Part shown: positions 29,700 to 39,279 of the stretch, piece after piece
Position numbering within the stretch: position 1 is the first letter of the stretch
How the letters are laid out: each line of letters begins with the position of its first letter
DNA from: a virus
Taxonomy: Duplodnaviria; Caudoviricetes
Reading direction: 5' to 3' (one strand)
IMG/VR virus record: IMGVR_UViG_3300042564_002254
Coordinates: 1 to 58,119 of that record
Length of the DNA: 58,119 nucleotides
The notes under the pieces: model-generated
Database searches by the model: none
Told to the model about the DNA's origin: nothing
What the model saw: only the letters and a program-made list of their open reading frames with translations
Made by a program: the position numbers and the translations under genes

Positions 29700-30460
29700 T
29701 CTATCTCCTGATCATATGTAACGCTATACTCGCCACCAAAGATTTCAGCATATGAGATTATATCTTTATTATATCTTAATACGGTGTTTAAACCTACTTT
29801 GTCTGACATATACTTACTACCCTGGACTAGTGGCTCAAAACTCATCTCCTGGCCTTCTAGGGCCTTATTAAGGGTATCTATGTATCTTTCCTTGCCGTAT
29901 CTTTTAGATACAAATGCTTGGTCTACATATTCAAATCTTGCATCTCTATCGTTATCCCGTGCAATGTCCGAATTGTCTGTTATGTACTTTACTGCAGGAT
30001 GATCCATCCGTGTAGACCAATTTCGCATGTTGTCGCTGTACTTCTCCATATTCTTTAGAGTTGAATCAGCGAAAGCCATGCGTATAAGGTCAGAGTCGGA
30101 GGTTTGAACCTCTGTTGCGAAACTTATCAAAAAAGCGGTTGCATATGGAAACTTGTCAGTATATGTCGTCACGCCGAAGTGTACATTCGGATTAAACGAC
30201 TCGACTGACATATTATCGTCGAGTAAGCGCATATGATTTCCGAGAGATACATACTCTTGTCGATTCATATCGCAGTCGACAAACAAACATTCTTCTGGAT
30301 TGATCCCGTCGGCGAGACACAAGATGTTCTTATCATATGATCCTACTATTTTCGAACCGTTAAAACGCTCTATTAATTTTGCGGTCATAAAGCCATCCAT
30401 ATCGGGGGAGATAATTAAATTCTTAGAATGCTCAAGAGTCTCAAGTATAGAATCTATCAT
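29690..30460 (-). CDS. DHH-phosphoesterase-like protein
   Basis: ISPDMDG (motif I), FVDCD, divergent GNH in place of DHH. Confidence 0.5.
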   Translation of the reverse strand: MIDSILETLEHSKNLIISPDMDGFMTAKLIERFNGSKIVGSYDKNILCLADGINPEECLFVDCDMNRQEYVSLGNHMRLLDDNMSVESFNPNVHFGVTTYTDKFPYATAFLISFATEVQTSDSDLIRMAFADSTLKNMEKYSDNMRNWSTRMDHPAVKYITDNSDIARDNDRDARFEYVDQAFVSKRYGKERYIDTLNKALEGQEMSFEPLVQGSKYMSDKVGLNTVLRYNKDIISYAEIFGGEYSVTYDQEIEWK

Positions 30461-30690
30461 GTCTGTCTTCCCTCCATCATCTTTCTAATTCTATCCGAAA
30501 GGACAGACAAGTCAAGTTCGAACTCTTTACTATATTTTTTAATTTCGTCCAAAGTTGCAAGCATATAGTATTCTTTAGTATATTCTCTATGGTTAAGATA
30601 GTTATTCATATCTTTAAAGGGTATGTGTGGACCATCGCACATCCAGGTAGTTATGCAAAAGGGGCAACCATCAAAGTTATCGTTTATCAT
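30457..30690 (-). CDS. Hypothetical protein
   Basis: CPFC...C.GPH; overlap-packed. Confidence 0.55.
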   Translation of the reverse strand: MINDNFDGCPFCITTWMCDGPHIPFKDMNNYLNHREYTKEYYMLATLDEIKKYSKEFELDLSVLSDRIRKMMEGRQT

Positions 30691-31271
30691 AAAAATTCTA
30701 CATTACCTATGTACTGAATTGGAAGTACGTCAATTATTAGATGAACTCTGTTTTCATTGCTACTATTTTCCACTGAATGATATTTTCTATTGTTTAACTC
30801 GTACAAAGTAGATGACTCCAATTGAAAAACCTCTCGTTCAACTGTAAATGTACATTCTTTATTTGTTAAAATAGGTATGTGAAACCTTCTTGACACATAC
30901 AAAAGGTCTGATCTGTCTTTGTGTGTTCTTATTCTGCTGTTTGGCAACAGATTTATAACTTCCGACCTTATTACTTTTCCTACCACAAGTTCTTCAAGTT
31001 TTTTATATATATTTTTTATTTCATCATTGGCTTCTTTTGTTTTAAAGTTGTTCGGTGAAGTTGAATTTATTTTATCTTTTAAGTTCCACTCATAATCAAG
31101 TTCTTTTAATTGATACATAAAGGTTTTTTCGTGCGATTGGAACTTTTCTTGTCTAGATGTATCTATTAACCACTCTTCAACATATTCTGTTATTTCTTTT
31201 TTTATACTATCAACAAAAACAAAACCAAAGTTGTTTATTCTCCAAGGGTTTTCTTTGCTAAACTCTGTCAT
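30687..31271 (-). CDS. Aspartyl/asparaginyl beta-hydroxylase-like 2OG-Fe(II) oxygenase
   Basis: L.P...I..HKD, RFHIPI.TN, ELNN...HSVEN....RVHLIID. Confidence 0.85.
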   Translation of the reverse strand: MTEFSKENPWRINNFGFVFVDSIKKEITEYVEEWLIDTSRQEKFQSHEKTFMYQLKELDYEWNLKDKINSTSPNNFKTKEANDEIKNIYKKLEELVVGKVIRSEVINLLPNSRIRTHKDRSDLLYVSRRFHIPILTNKECTFTVEREVFQLESSTLYELNNRKYHSVENSSNENRVHLIIDVLPIQYIGNVEFL

Positions 31272-31972
31272 TTCATTTTCTCCTTTAAAGTATTATATAC
31301 CTCTATATCAATTTCATTTATTTCGTATATTTTATCATAATATTTATTATAAAGTTCTAAGTCAGTCTCTACGGATTCATTTGCTTTTTTGTTGTAGCCA
31401 ATTGTGTCATTATTATTTAATCCATAAATGCTAAAAACTTTTTTGTACAGATCTGGATCTTCAAAAAATAAAACAGTTATATTATTTTTATTAATACTTT
31501 CTACAACAGAATCTTTACTTATTTTTTTTGTAATTAGATACCAGTTAGAAGAAACATGCTTTTCTATTCTATTTGTATTTTTGTTATATTCATCAATATC
31601 AATATCCGATGTTAAAAAATAGGACTGCTGGTTGGATAAAACATTTATAAAATTTTTGTTTGTTAAAAAAAACATAAAGGCTTCATCAATACTCATATAG
31701 TTATAAAAATGTTCCCAAATATACTTCATATAACTAAAAGATCTTTCTACTGGATCTCTTAATATTGTAAATGTTTTTGAGGCATAAGGTGTTGGGGTAA
31801 GACCATAATGTCCAGAAATATAGTCTTTGTTTTTAAATTCTTGTAATTCTATGTTTACTTTGTGAGTTGATAAAAAGGTTTTTTGGTTTTTTTCAGAATG
31901 AGGCAAAACGATATCTCTAATAAAGACTCCAGATGTTCTTGGAATATGGAGAAAATATATGGCTGTTTTCAT
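31268..31972 (-). CDS. Sulfotransferase family protein
   Basis: FLHIPRTSG (5'-PSB loop) and LRDPVERSFS (3'-PB) motifs. Confidence 0.82.
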   Translation of the reverse strand: MKTAIYFLHIPRTSGVFIRDIVLPHSEKNQKTFLSTHKVNIELQEFKNKDYISGHYGLTPTPYASKTFTILRDPVERSFSYMKYIWEHFYNYMSIDEAFMFFLTNKNFINVLSNQQSYFLTSDIDIDEYNKNTNRIEKHVSSNWYLITKKISKDSVVESINKNNITVLFFEDPDLYKKVFSIYGLNNNDTIGYNKKANESVETDLELYNKYYDKIYEINEIDIEVYNTLKEKMK

Positions 31973-32004
31973 TTTTTGAATATACCCCTTATAATAATAT
32001 AGTT

Positions 32005-32277
32005 ATGACAATCCAAGACTGGGCTTCCCTTATCGTAGCCATACTTACAATTGTATCATCTATAGCCTTTGGAATCAAGTGGCTTGTTAAACACTATTTA
32101 GCCGAACTTAAGCCGAATTCTGGATCATCAATGAAAGACCAAATTTCAAGACTAGAACTTCGTATCAATGAAGCAGATGTCAGTCGTAGCGCAATGAAAG
32201 AAGATCATAAAGTTATGAAAGCCAAACTAGATCATATGTACGATATATTAATTGAATATATTGCCAAATCCAAATAA
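32005..32277 (+). CDS. Membrane protein with coiled coil (holin-like)
   Basis: N-terminal TM, ELKPNSGSSMKD motif, coiled tail. Confidence 0.6.
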   Translation: MTIQDWASLIVAILTIVSSIAFGIKWLVKHYLAELKPNSGSSMKDQISRLELRINEADVSRSAMKEDHKVMKAKLDHMYDILIEYIAKSK

Positions 32278-32475
32278 CTCTATATACTATATATAAGATA
32301 TCTTGTAAATACAAACCTTAAAGATAGTTCTTTTTTCTTATATATTTTAAGTATACACTATCCGACATCCTGACTATTAAGACTTATTATGACAAAACGG
32401 ACATTACCTATTATAACAATTTTATAACTTTAAATATCACTGTCCGAATTGTACTGATATGATATACTTTAATCT

Positions 32476-32531
32476 GACTAGTACTCTGGTTTGTCTCTCA
32501 TACCCACCAGCCTGAGTACTAGTCTTTTTTT
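32476..32531 (+). ncRNA. Candidate small RNA or terminator hairpin
   Basis: GACTAGTACTC/GAGTACTAGTC stem plus T-run, starting 7 nt after TGATATACT. Confidence 0.45.
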
Positions 32532-32547
32532 ATGGTATAATCACATT

Positions 32548-32928
32548 ATGAATCTTTGTTCACCTGAGATATTTGGAGCAGATCCTGCTCGAATCAAATG
32601 GAATATAGTTAGAGGAGATACCTCTCCGCTTCGTATTGAATTTTTAGAAGATGATGAAGTAACATATTTTGATACCTCTGATTGGACCTTTGAGGCTACT
32701 ACTTATGATCCTCAGTCTGACACTCTTGATTCCCTGGAAGTTACGGCAGGAGAGGGATATGTAGATATTATGGCTCCAGCCTGTATTACTAAATACTGGG
32801 GTACTGGATTTAAGTCAGTTGTAACAGAATTAACATTTGACCTTCAAGTAACTATTGATGGAGAAACAATTTGGACACCTTTGATTGGAACCATCTCTGT
32901 AATTGGAGATATTACAGGTAGCCTATAA
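32548..32928 (+). CDS. Virion protein, BppU-N-like (paralog of 35231 and 43394)
   Basis: WNIVRGDT...FDLQV...G.I.V..D.T pattern. Confidence 0.55.
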   Translation: MNLCSPEIFGADPARIKWNIVRGDTSPLRIEFLEDDEVTYFDTSDWTFEATTYDPQSDTLDSLEVTAGEGYVDIMAPACITKYWGTGFKSVVTELTFDLQVTIDGETIWTPLIGTISVIGDITGSL

Positions 32929-33026
32929 TGGCGGTAGTTAAAGTTACAACTCCAAGACCTGAGTTGCCACCAGTAATTAGAATCAAGAATAAAATATTCA
33001 AAATAAATAAGTGATATAATTTAGGC

Positions 33027-33308
33027 ATGACTTTACACGCCCACACAACACTTAGCAATACAACTGCTACTCGTTTATCTCCAAACGGAGTACACTCTGG
33101 AATGGATATTACAATTCAAAACATACACGAATCTGCTTACGTATACGTCGGCGGAGAAGATGTCTCTGCCTCTGTTTATGGATATCGCATTGCTCCAGGC
33201 GCAGCATTTTCTATTGAACTACCTGGACAAGATGCGCTTTATGCAATTTCAAATGTTAACAGTTCAAAGGTTGCAATTCTACAGACTGGTTTAGAGACAG
33301 GTAACTAA
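33027..33308 (+). CDS. Putative small virion protein
   Basis: IQN....VYVGG..V....GY.I..G...LYA beta-rich pattern. Confidence 0.55.
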   Translation: MTLHAHTTLSNTTATRLSPNGVHSGMDITIQNIHESAYVYVGGEDVSASVYGYRIAPGAAFSIELPGQDALYAISNVNSSKVAILQTGLETGN

Positions 33309-34471
33309 TGGCACGGTTTTCTACAACAGGTGGTAGCGGAGAAGGTACACCAGGTGCCCCAGGAGCAGATGGCGCAGACGGCGCAGATGGAGCGGATGCT
33401 CTTTGGAATTTTACTGGTGAATGGGTAAACGGAATTGACTATGCTGCTGGATCTGTAGTTGAATTTCAAGGATCTACCTACTATCATCCTACTGGCCAAT
33501 TTTCATCATACGCTCCACCAACAAATGGGTGGCTTTTAGTATCTGCTAAAGGTGCAGACGGATCAGATGGTGCCGATGGTTCTGACGGTACGAATGGAAC
33601 AGATTTTGGAATTTATTATTTAGGAAACTATAATGCATCAAGTGGATATGTAACAGACATTGCAGTAGTAAGAGGATCAGATGGACAACTATATCTTGCT
33701 AAAGCAAGCGGACAACTTGAGGATCCAGTTGGTAACTCTATAGAATGGGAAGTTTGGATTCCAAAGGGTGCAGATGGCTCAGCAGCAGACACTGGACAAA
33801 TTACATTTAACGGTGTATATATTATGGGTGCTGGTACAGGATCTGGTGACGGTGCTGGTAATGGAACTATTAAATTACTGCCAGATGTGGCTTTAGTACA
33901 AAATCAATATCATGAAGATCAGTATTTAATAATTGATCCAACATCACCAAACCATATTCATATTCGTGCAGGAGGAGTTCAAGATGCTTCTACTGCAGAT
34001 CTGTTTATTGGAGCAGAAAGAACTGGAGTACAGGTAAGTGATGGCTCTGGTAATGTAATTATTAGATCAAAAAATCCAGATCGAGTAGACATTTACGCAA
34101 ACTCTAATCAGGCAAGCAACACGGAATTCATGGTTGCAACAGGTGCAAATATTCTTGTTGGTGACACTGTTCATTTGTACACAGGAGGAGATAATTTTGT
34201 AGTAACGGCAGTTACACAAGAATATCCTTACGCAGGTTTAATGACAGTTGTTGCTGACGGTCTATCTTTTGTAACTGGAGAATCTTATACATTCTCTAGA
34301 AATATGGGTGAGGATAGATGGATGTTCCAACCTAATGGAGTTACATTCCCTGACAATACCGTTCAGACTACTGCTTTTGTAGGGGGAGCAACAGGAACAT
34401 TTGAAACTCCAGATAGTAAATTAGTTACAGTTACTAATGGAATCATTACATCTATAGACCCACTGACTTAA
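33308..34471 (+). CDS. Collagen-repeat tail fibre-like protein
   Basis: (GAD)n Gly-X-Y tracts and short W/Y-rich modules. Confidence 0.7.
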   Translation: MARFSTTGGSGEGTPGAPGADGADGADGADALWNFTGEWVNGIDYAAGSVVEFQGSTYYHPTGQFSSYAPPTNGWLLVSAKGADGSDGADGSDGTNGTDFGIYYLGNYNASSGYVTDIAVVRGSDGQLYLAKASGQLEDPVGNSIEWEVWIPKGADGSAADTGQITFNGVYIMGAGTGSGDGAGNGTIKLLPDVALVQNQYHEDQYLIIDPTSPNHIHIRAGGVQDASTADLFIGAERTGVQVSDGSGNVIIRSKNPDRVDIYANSNQASNTEFMVATGANILVGDTVHLYTGGDNFVVTAVTQEYPYAGLMTVVADGLSFVTGESYTFSRNMGEDRWMFQPNGVTFPDNTVQTTAFVGGATGTFETPDSKLVTVTNGIITSIDPLT

Positions 34472-34491
34472 TACCGTGAGATAATAGCGAT

Positions 34492-35223
34492 ATGGCTGCT
34501 TCTAAATCTATGGACTTTCCAGGTGCAAAAAAATCTTCCTATGCTGCACAAGTAGAGCAAAGTCAAGCATCCCCATACCAAGAAAATACATTATCATTTC
34601 TTCCAGTTCCTGGACCAACGGGACCACAAGGACCAGCAGGCAAAAACGGTATAGATGGAAAAGAAGGACCTCAAGGACCAGAAGGAAAACCAGGTCCCAA
34701 AGGATCTGCAGGACCAAATGGAAAAGATGGGATAAGTTCTTTATCGTCTTCAGGTCAGCAAGCGGGATGGGCTTCATATACAAACGATATTACAAAACCA
34801 ACCAAACTTGGTATATCTCAAGGAGATGATGGATGGGTCACTCTTTTATTAGATACAAAAGATAAAATCCAGAATGAAACATATCTACCTAAAGGCTGTA
34901 CCAGTCTTTGGAATAGCCATCAAAGAGCCCTAAACTTCCACGGGATAAAGCAAGGCTCCCAAGTATTCATAACATACAACTTTGAGTTAACTACCTATAC
35001 CTCTAATACTGAGGTTTGGCTAAGAACCTACTTTGCAAGCAAAGATAAAGAGTTTGTGCAGTTAGTAGGATCTTTTAAATATCAGAATGTTTACAATCTT
35101 TCTATAACCCAGCAGATTTTTATAGAAGATCAGGCTATGTGGGGTAATGGGGCTGTACCACAGATTAGAACAGACTTTGACGCTTCCGTAATTTTCAATT
35201 CTGTATATGTCAGCGTGGTATAA
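34492..35223 (+). CDS. Collagen-repeat virion protein
   Basis: GPTGPQGPAGKNG...GPKG Gly-X-Y tract. Confidence 0.7.
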   Translation: MAASKSMDFPGAKKSSYAAQVEQSQASPYQENTLSFLPVPGPTGPQGPAGKNGIDGKEGPQGPEGKPGPKGSAGPNGKDGISSLSSSGQQAGWASYTNDITKPTKLGISQGDDGWVTLLLDTKDKIQNETYLPKGCTSLWNSHQRALNFHGIKQGSQVFITYNFELTTYTSNTEVWLRTYFASKDKEFVQLVGSFKYQNVYNLSITQQIFIEDQAMWGNGAVPQIRTDFDASVIFNSVYVSVV

Positions 35224-35230
35224 TAAAACT

Positions 35231-35605
35231 ATGGCATTTCCAGGAGAACTAAATATAAATTATTATAAGGGTGATACCCACGAGTTTAAGGTATACCCTC
35301 AAAAGACTGATGGATCTATTTTTCAATTAGATGACTATAGTAATGCAAGGTTTAAAATTGCAGAAGTAAGAGGAGCAGCAGGACTTGCAGATCAAATTAC
35401 TGGAAGTGCAATAATCTCAACAGATGGAACATATATTACTTGCGCTATCACTCCAGCAAATGGAGCACTTATGGACCCAGACATAACATATGTTTATGAT
35501 ATTCAAATTTATGCTGCAGGAGCAGGAACTTATGATAAAGTCTTTACACTTTTAACTGGCTCTATATCTGTAACAGATGACGTAACCCAGGGTACTGGAA
35601 GTTAA
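35231..35605 (+). CDS. Virion protein, BppU-N-like
   Basis: YYKGDT...YVYDIQI...LTGSISVTDDVT. Confidence 0.6.
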   Translation: MAFPGELNINYYKGDTHEFKVYPQKTDGSIFQLDDYSNARFKIAEVRGAAGLADQITGSAIISTDGTYITCAITPANGALMDPDITYVYDIQIYAAGAGTYDKVFTLLTGSISVTDDVTQGTGS

Positions 35606-36192
35606 TGACAAACATATTTGTATCTTCTGATGACGTTAAAGTAATTGGTGGTACAGCCAATGTTAATGTAGAAGTTGATTTTGGACCACAAGGAGATAGA
35701 GGTGGAATTTTTCTTGTAGGAAACGGACATCCAAATACAGTATCACATTCTGTTACATTGCAACTACTTGACCTTTATATAAATGTTCAGGCAACAGATG
35801 ATGATTATATGGGTCTTTATCAATACGTAAATGTTTCTGGTGTTAACACTTGGGTTTTAACTGGACCATTAATAAAAGATAAATTTAGCGTTATAAGAAA
35901 TGTTGCTTTTACAGATGGCCAGACCACAAGCGAGGTAGATTTTAGAGTATCTAATATTGCACCACAAAGTCTTGTTGGTGGTCTAACAGCAGAAGACTTT
36001 AATGTTCAGTGTACATTTTCTGACCCAGGAAATCCTATTGCACACTCTATTACAATCAAGCCTTTAGAATTTGAATCAGGAACTGGAGATTTAATGCTTC
36101 CAGTTGATATAAATGCCGTTGAATTTTCAGGAGGAAGTTGGGTTAATCTAAATAGAACAGTTTCTATTCATTTCCTAATTACGGTGGTATAA
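35605..36192 (+). CDS. Putative virion structural protein
   Basis: Beta-rich ORF in tail module, GPQGDRG. Confidence 0.55.
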   Translation: MTNIFVSSDDVKVIGGTANVNVEVDFGPQGDRGGIFLVGNGHPNTVSHSVTLQLLDLYINVQATDDDYMGLYQYVNVSGVNTWVLTGPLIKDKFSVIRNVAFTDGQTTSEVDFRVSNIAPQSLVGGLTAEDFNVQCTFSDPGNPIAHSITIKPLEFESGTGDLMLPVDINAVEFSGGSWVNLNRTVSIHFLITVV

Positions 36193-36211
36193 TCTAAGAT
36201 GGTGATATGTA

Positions 36212-37624
36212 ATGGCTGCTGAATATATTGATAATACGGAAATTGGTTCTGGTATATACCCAACCAAGATACCTGGCTATGAAGATGCAGCCGACATTCA
36301 AGCGGCCTTAAGGCTTTACCACTATGGATCAACAACAATTCCTACAGAAAACACTCTCGGAACAGCAAGTGGAATTAACACAAAATCAATAGCAGGACAT
36401 TTTAAAGCCATAGATAACACCATTCAAACACTTGCAACAACCGCCTATGTTACAAACGCAATTGCTGGAGTTACAGACGAGTATGCTCAACTTGCTGGAA
36501 CAGGAATTGATTGGAATGCAGGGGCAAACAGGTTCGACCTTGACTATTTGTCAACAGTTATTGAAAAAACATCTAATTTTACTTTAGAAGCATCTAATGT
36601 TGGAAATACAATTCTTTTATCTACTTCTTCAACAATTGCCCTTACAGTCCCAGCAAATTCTGCCATTGCTTTGCCAATTGGTTATAAGGTTGATTTAATT
36701 GAAGTCGGTTCAGGAAGAACGACATTTACTCCAGGATCTGGCGTAACAATAAATAGCAAAAATGCACAAATGTATATTGACTCACAATATGGCAAAGCAA
36801 CACTTTTAAAGATTGCAGAAAATTCTTGGATTGCGTATGGAGATATATATGAAGGTGCTTCTACACCAACACCAACTCCCACTCCAGTAGCACCTACTCC
36901 AGTAGCACCTACTCCTGTAGCGCCTGTCCCTGTAGCACCTACGCCAGTAGCACCTACGCCAGTAGCGCCTACGCCTGTAGCGCCTGTCCCTGTAGCACCT
37001 ACACCTGTAGCACCTACACCTGTAGCACCTACACCTGTAGCACCTACACCTGTAGCACCTACACCTGTAGCACCTGCTCCTGTAGCACCTGCTTTTGCAA
37101 TAACAAGTACTTCCTCAACAACAAGTTCTGTAACATACTCTTGGGCTAACGCCCCAGCAGGAACTGTAAATTATAGTATTTTCTATGTTTATGATGATGA
37201 TACTCAATCTTCTGTAACTACTACATCATCATCATCTGCTACATTTAGTGGTCTTTCTTCAAGCACAACTTATGGAGTTTATGTTTCAGCAAGAAACTCA
37301 GATGGCACAACCTTGGCAAGCGCTTCTGCATCTATTACAACTCTTTCACCAACACCTACACCTGTAGCGCCTACTCCTGTAGCACCTACTCCTGTAGCGC
37401 CTGTCCCTGTAGCACCTACTCCAGTAGCACCTACTCCAGTAGCACCTACTCCAGTAGCACCTACTCCAGTAGCACCTACTCCAGTAGCGCCTGTCCCTGT
37501 AGCACCTACTCCAGTAGCACCTACACCTGTAGCACCTACTCCTACAGCAAATTGTGGACCATACCCATCAGGATATGCTCCAGGAGAGTGCATATGTGTA
37601 GGATCAATGTGGACTTGTTTTTAG
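36212..37624 (+). CDS. Tail-fibre-like protein with FN3 domain flanked by (PTPVA)n tracts
   Basis: Fibre domain shared with 46504 C-terminus; FN3 signature SW...Y...GL...T.Y.V.V.A.N; Cys-rich end. Confidence 0.75.
   Translation: MAAEYIDNTEIGSGIYPTKIPGYEDAADIQAALRLYHYGSTTIPTENTLGTASGINTKSIAGHFKAIDNTIQTLATTAYVTNAIAGVTDEYAQLAGTGIDWNAGANRFDLDYLSTVIEKTSNFTLEASNVGNTILLSTSSTIALTVPANSAIALPIGYKVDLIEVGSGRTTFTPGSGVTINSKNAQMYIDSQYGKATLLKIAENSWIAYGDIYEGASTPTPTPTPVAPTPVAPTPVAPVPVAPTPVAPTPVAPTPVAPVPVAPTPVAPTPVAPTPVAPTPVAPTPVAPAPVAPAFAITSTSSTTSSVTYSWANAPAGTVNYSIFYVYDDDTQSSVTTTSSSSATFSGLSSSTTYGVYVSARNSDGTTLASASASITTLSPTPTPVAPTPVAPTPVAPVPVAPTPVAPTPVAPTPVAPTPVAPTPVAPVPVAPTPVAPTPVAPTPTANCGPYPSGYAPGECICVGSMWTCF
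36865..37545 (+). repeat. Two 15-nt tandem repeat tracts encoding PxPVA (~14 and ~12 units)
   Basis: CCTACnCCwGTAGCr units at ~36865-37090 and ~37349-37545. Confidence 0.95.
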
Positions 37625-37664
37625 TTGATAACTTGTGCTATAATTAATAAAAATAGGAGGCATT

Positions 37665-37856
37665 ATGTCAGAAGTTAGATTTGCAATTGTAGTTGATGGA
37701 GAAGTCGCGGGTACATTTAGTTTAGATTCAAATAGTACAGATTCTACAGCCACTGGACTGATTGCAGCATTAAAATCAGATCCAAAAATTATTGAAGATG
37801 AAACAAACTCTGTAAAAAGAGGCTGGACCCATAATGGAACAAGTTTTGTAGAATAA
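37665..37856 (+). CDS. Small hypothetical protein (fibre-associated type)
   Basis: FAIVVDGEV...GWTHNG.SF; TGCTATAAT promoter, AGGAGG RBS. Confidence 0.6.
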   Translation: MSEVRFAIVVDGEVAGTFSLDSNSTDSTATGLIAALKSDPKIIEDETNSVKRGWTHNGTSFVE

Positions 37857-37867
37857 GATAACTAAAA

Positions 37868-38107
37868 ATGTCAGAAGTTCTTAGTCCTTGGCAGCAATGG
37901 AAAAAAAATCTTGGAGAAGCCAGGCCTTGGGATATAGCAAACCCTAATACAGAATGGGCAGATGAAGAAAAAGCAGAAGATAGATTTTCTATTTGCAAAG
38001 CATGTCCAGAATTGATTAAACTAACTACGCAGTGTAAAAAGTGTGGGTGTTTTATGAAAGTAAAAACAAAATTAGATTTGGCAACATGCCCTATAGGAAA
38101 ATGGTAG
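37868..38107 (+). CDS. DUF6171-like Cys-rich protein
   Basis: ICKAC...CKKCGCFMKVKT...CPIGKW. Confidence 0.7.
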   Translation: MSEVLSPWQQWKKNLGEARPWDIANPNTEWADEEKAEDRFSICKACPELIKLTTQCKKCGCFMKVKTKLDLATCPIGKW

Positions 38108-38110
38108 ACA

Positions 38111-38710
38111 ATGAACAAAGAAGAAATAGCACCAGGAATAGTTGTTTATAGTAATGTAATACCAAATTCAGAAAACTTATATAAAGAAATTGAAGAAGGC
38201 ATCAATTCTGCAAAAATAGAATGGCAGGGTGCATCTGTAAAAGAAGCAGATAATGTTAGGATTAACAACGAAACAAGAAACACCTTAACAATAGGGATAC
38301 CATATTTAGCGAAAATAGACAAAGAATTATCAACAAACTTTGTTGAAGAGTTTAACAAAAATTTAAATAATTTATTTTTTGAACATTTTGATTTAATTGA
38401 AAAAGACTATTTATCTTTTTATGGAATAAACTCAAATTGGCACGATCAATATGGAATTTTAAAATATGGTAAAGGACAGTTTTTTACTAATCATATAGAT
38501 GATCACCCAGACTATCATAGAAGAGTTTCTACTTTATATTACATGAACGATGACTATGTTGGTGGAGAAATAAACTTTCCTAGATTTAATTTAAGCATAA
38601 AGCCAATGTCAAATCAAATGATTATATTTCCTTCAACATATGTTTATAATCACTCAGTATCTCCAGTAATTGAAGGAGAAAGATACGCAGTAGTTAGTTG
38701 GATGCGATGA
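38111..38710 (+). CDS. 2OG-Fe(II) oxygenase (prolyl 4-hydroxylase-like)
   Basis: HID, YMNDDYVGGE, HSVSPV..GER. Confidence 0.88.
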   Translation: MNKEEIAPGIVVYSNVIPNSENLYKEIEEGINSAKIEWQGASVKEADNVRINNETRNTLTIGIPYLAKIDKELSTNFVEEFNKNLNNLFFEHFDLIEKDYLSFYGINSNWHDQYGILKYGKGQFFTNHIDDHPDYHRRVSTLYYMNDDYVGGEINFPRFNLSIKPMSNQMIIFPSTYVYNHSVSPVIEGERYAVVSWMR

Positions 38711-39279
38711 AAGAGCCACAATTAATAAATAGTTTATTAAATGCTGAAGATTATACAAGACTGCTTGAGTCTTTAGACAATCCTAAAAGTTTTGGTTTTG
38801 ATCCTGGATTTAGTAGGTACTGCATTGGAGACTTTGATCTTCCAATTCTTGGTGAATTAGCAGATAAACTAGTAGACACTGCAAGACAAGTATTTGATAG
38901 TGAATCTTTAATGCCAACATATACCCTATTTGCACATTATGAAGGACAAAACCCTACCCCAAGTCTTTACAAACATAAAGATGACAATGCATGCACATAT
39001 ACTCTTGATATGTGTGTTTATCAGAATAATCCGTGGGATTTGTGGGTAGAAGACAAAAACTATTGTCTTTATCCTAACCAGGCATTGGCATACTACGGCA
39101 ATGATCAATTACATTGGCGTGAAGAATTTCCTAACCCAGAGACGAATCATGTTGCTATGATTTTCTTTCATTTTGCAGAGCCAGATCATTGGTGGTTTAC
39201 CAAGGGCGCAGAATATCTTCAGGTAGTCAGAGGGCAAATTACAGAAGAGCAGTGGGGGCTCAATTATGGCAACAAATAA
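38707..39279 (+). CDS. 2OG-Fe(II) oxygenase-like protein
   Basis: L..HKD..C, Y.G...HWRE, FFHF. Confidence 0.75.
   Translation: MKEPQLINSLLNAEDYTRLLESLDNPKSFGFDPGFSRYCIGDFDLPILGELADKLVDTARQVFDSESLMPTYTLFAHYEGQNPTPSLYKHKDDNACTYTLDMCVYQNNPWDLWVEDKNYCLYPNQALAYYGNDQLHWREEFPNPETNHVAMIFFHFAEPDHWWFTKGAEYLQVVRGQITEEQWGLNYGNK

Noticed and set aside
37279-37593. Minus-strand ORF with GVGAT repeats
   Set aside because: Shadow of the PTPVA repeat on the opposite strand.
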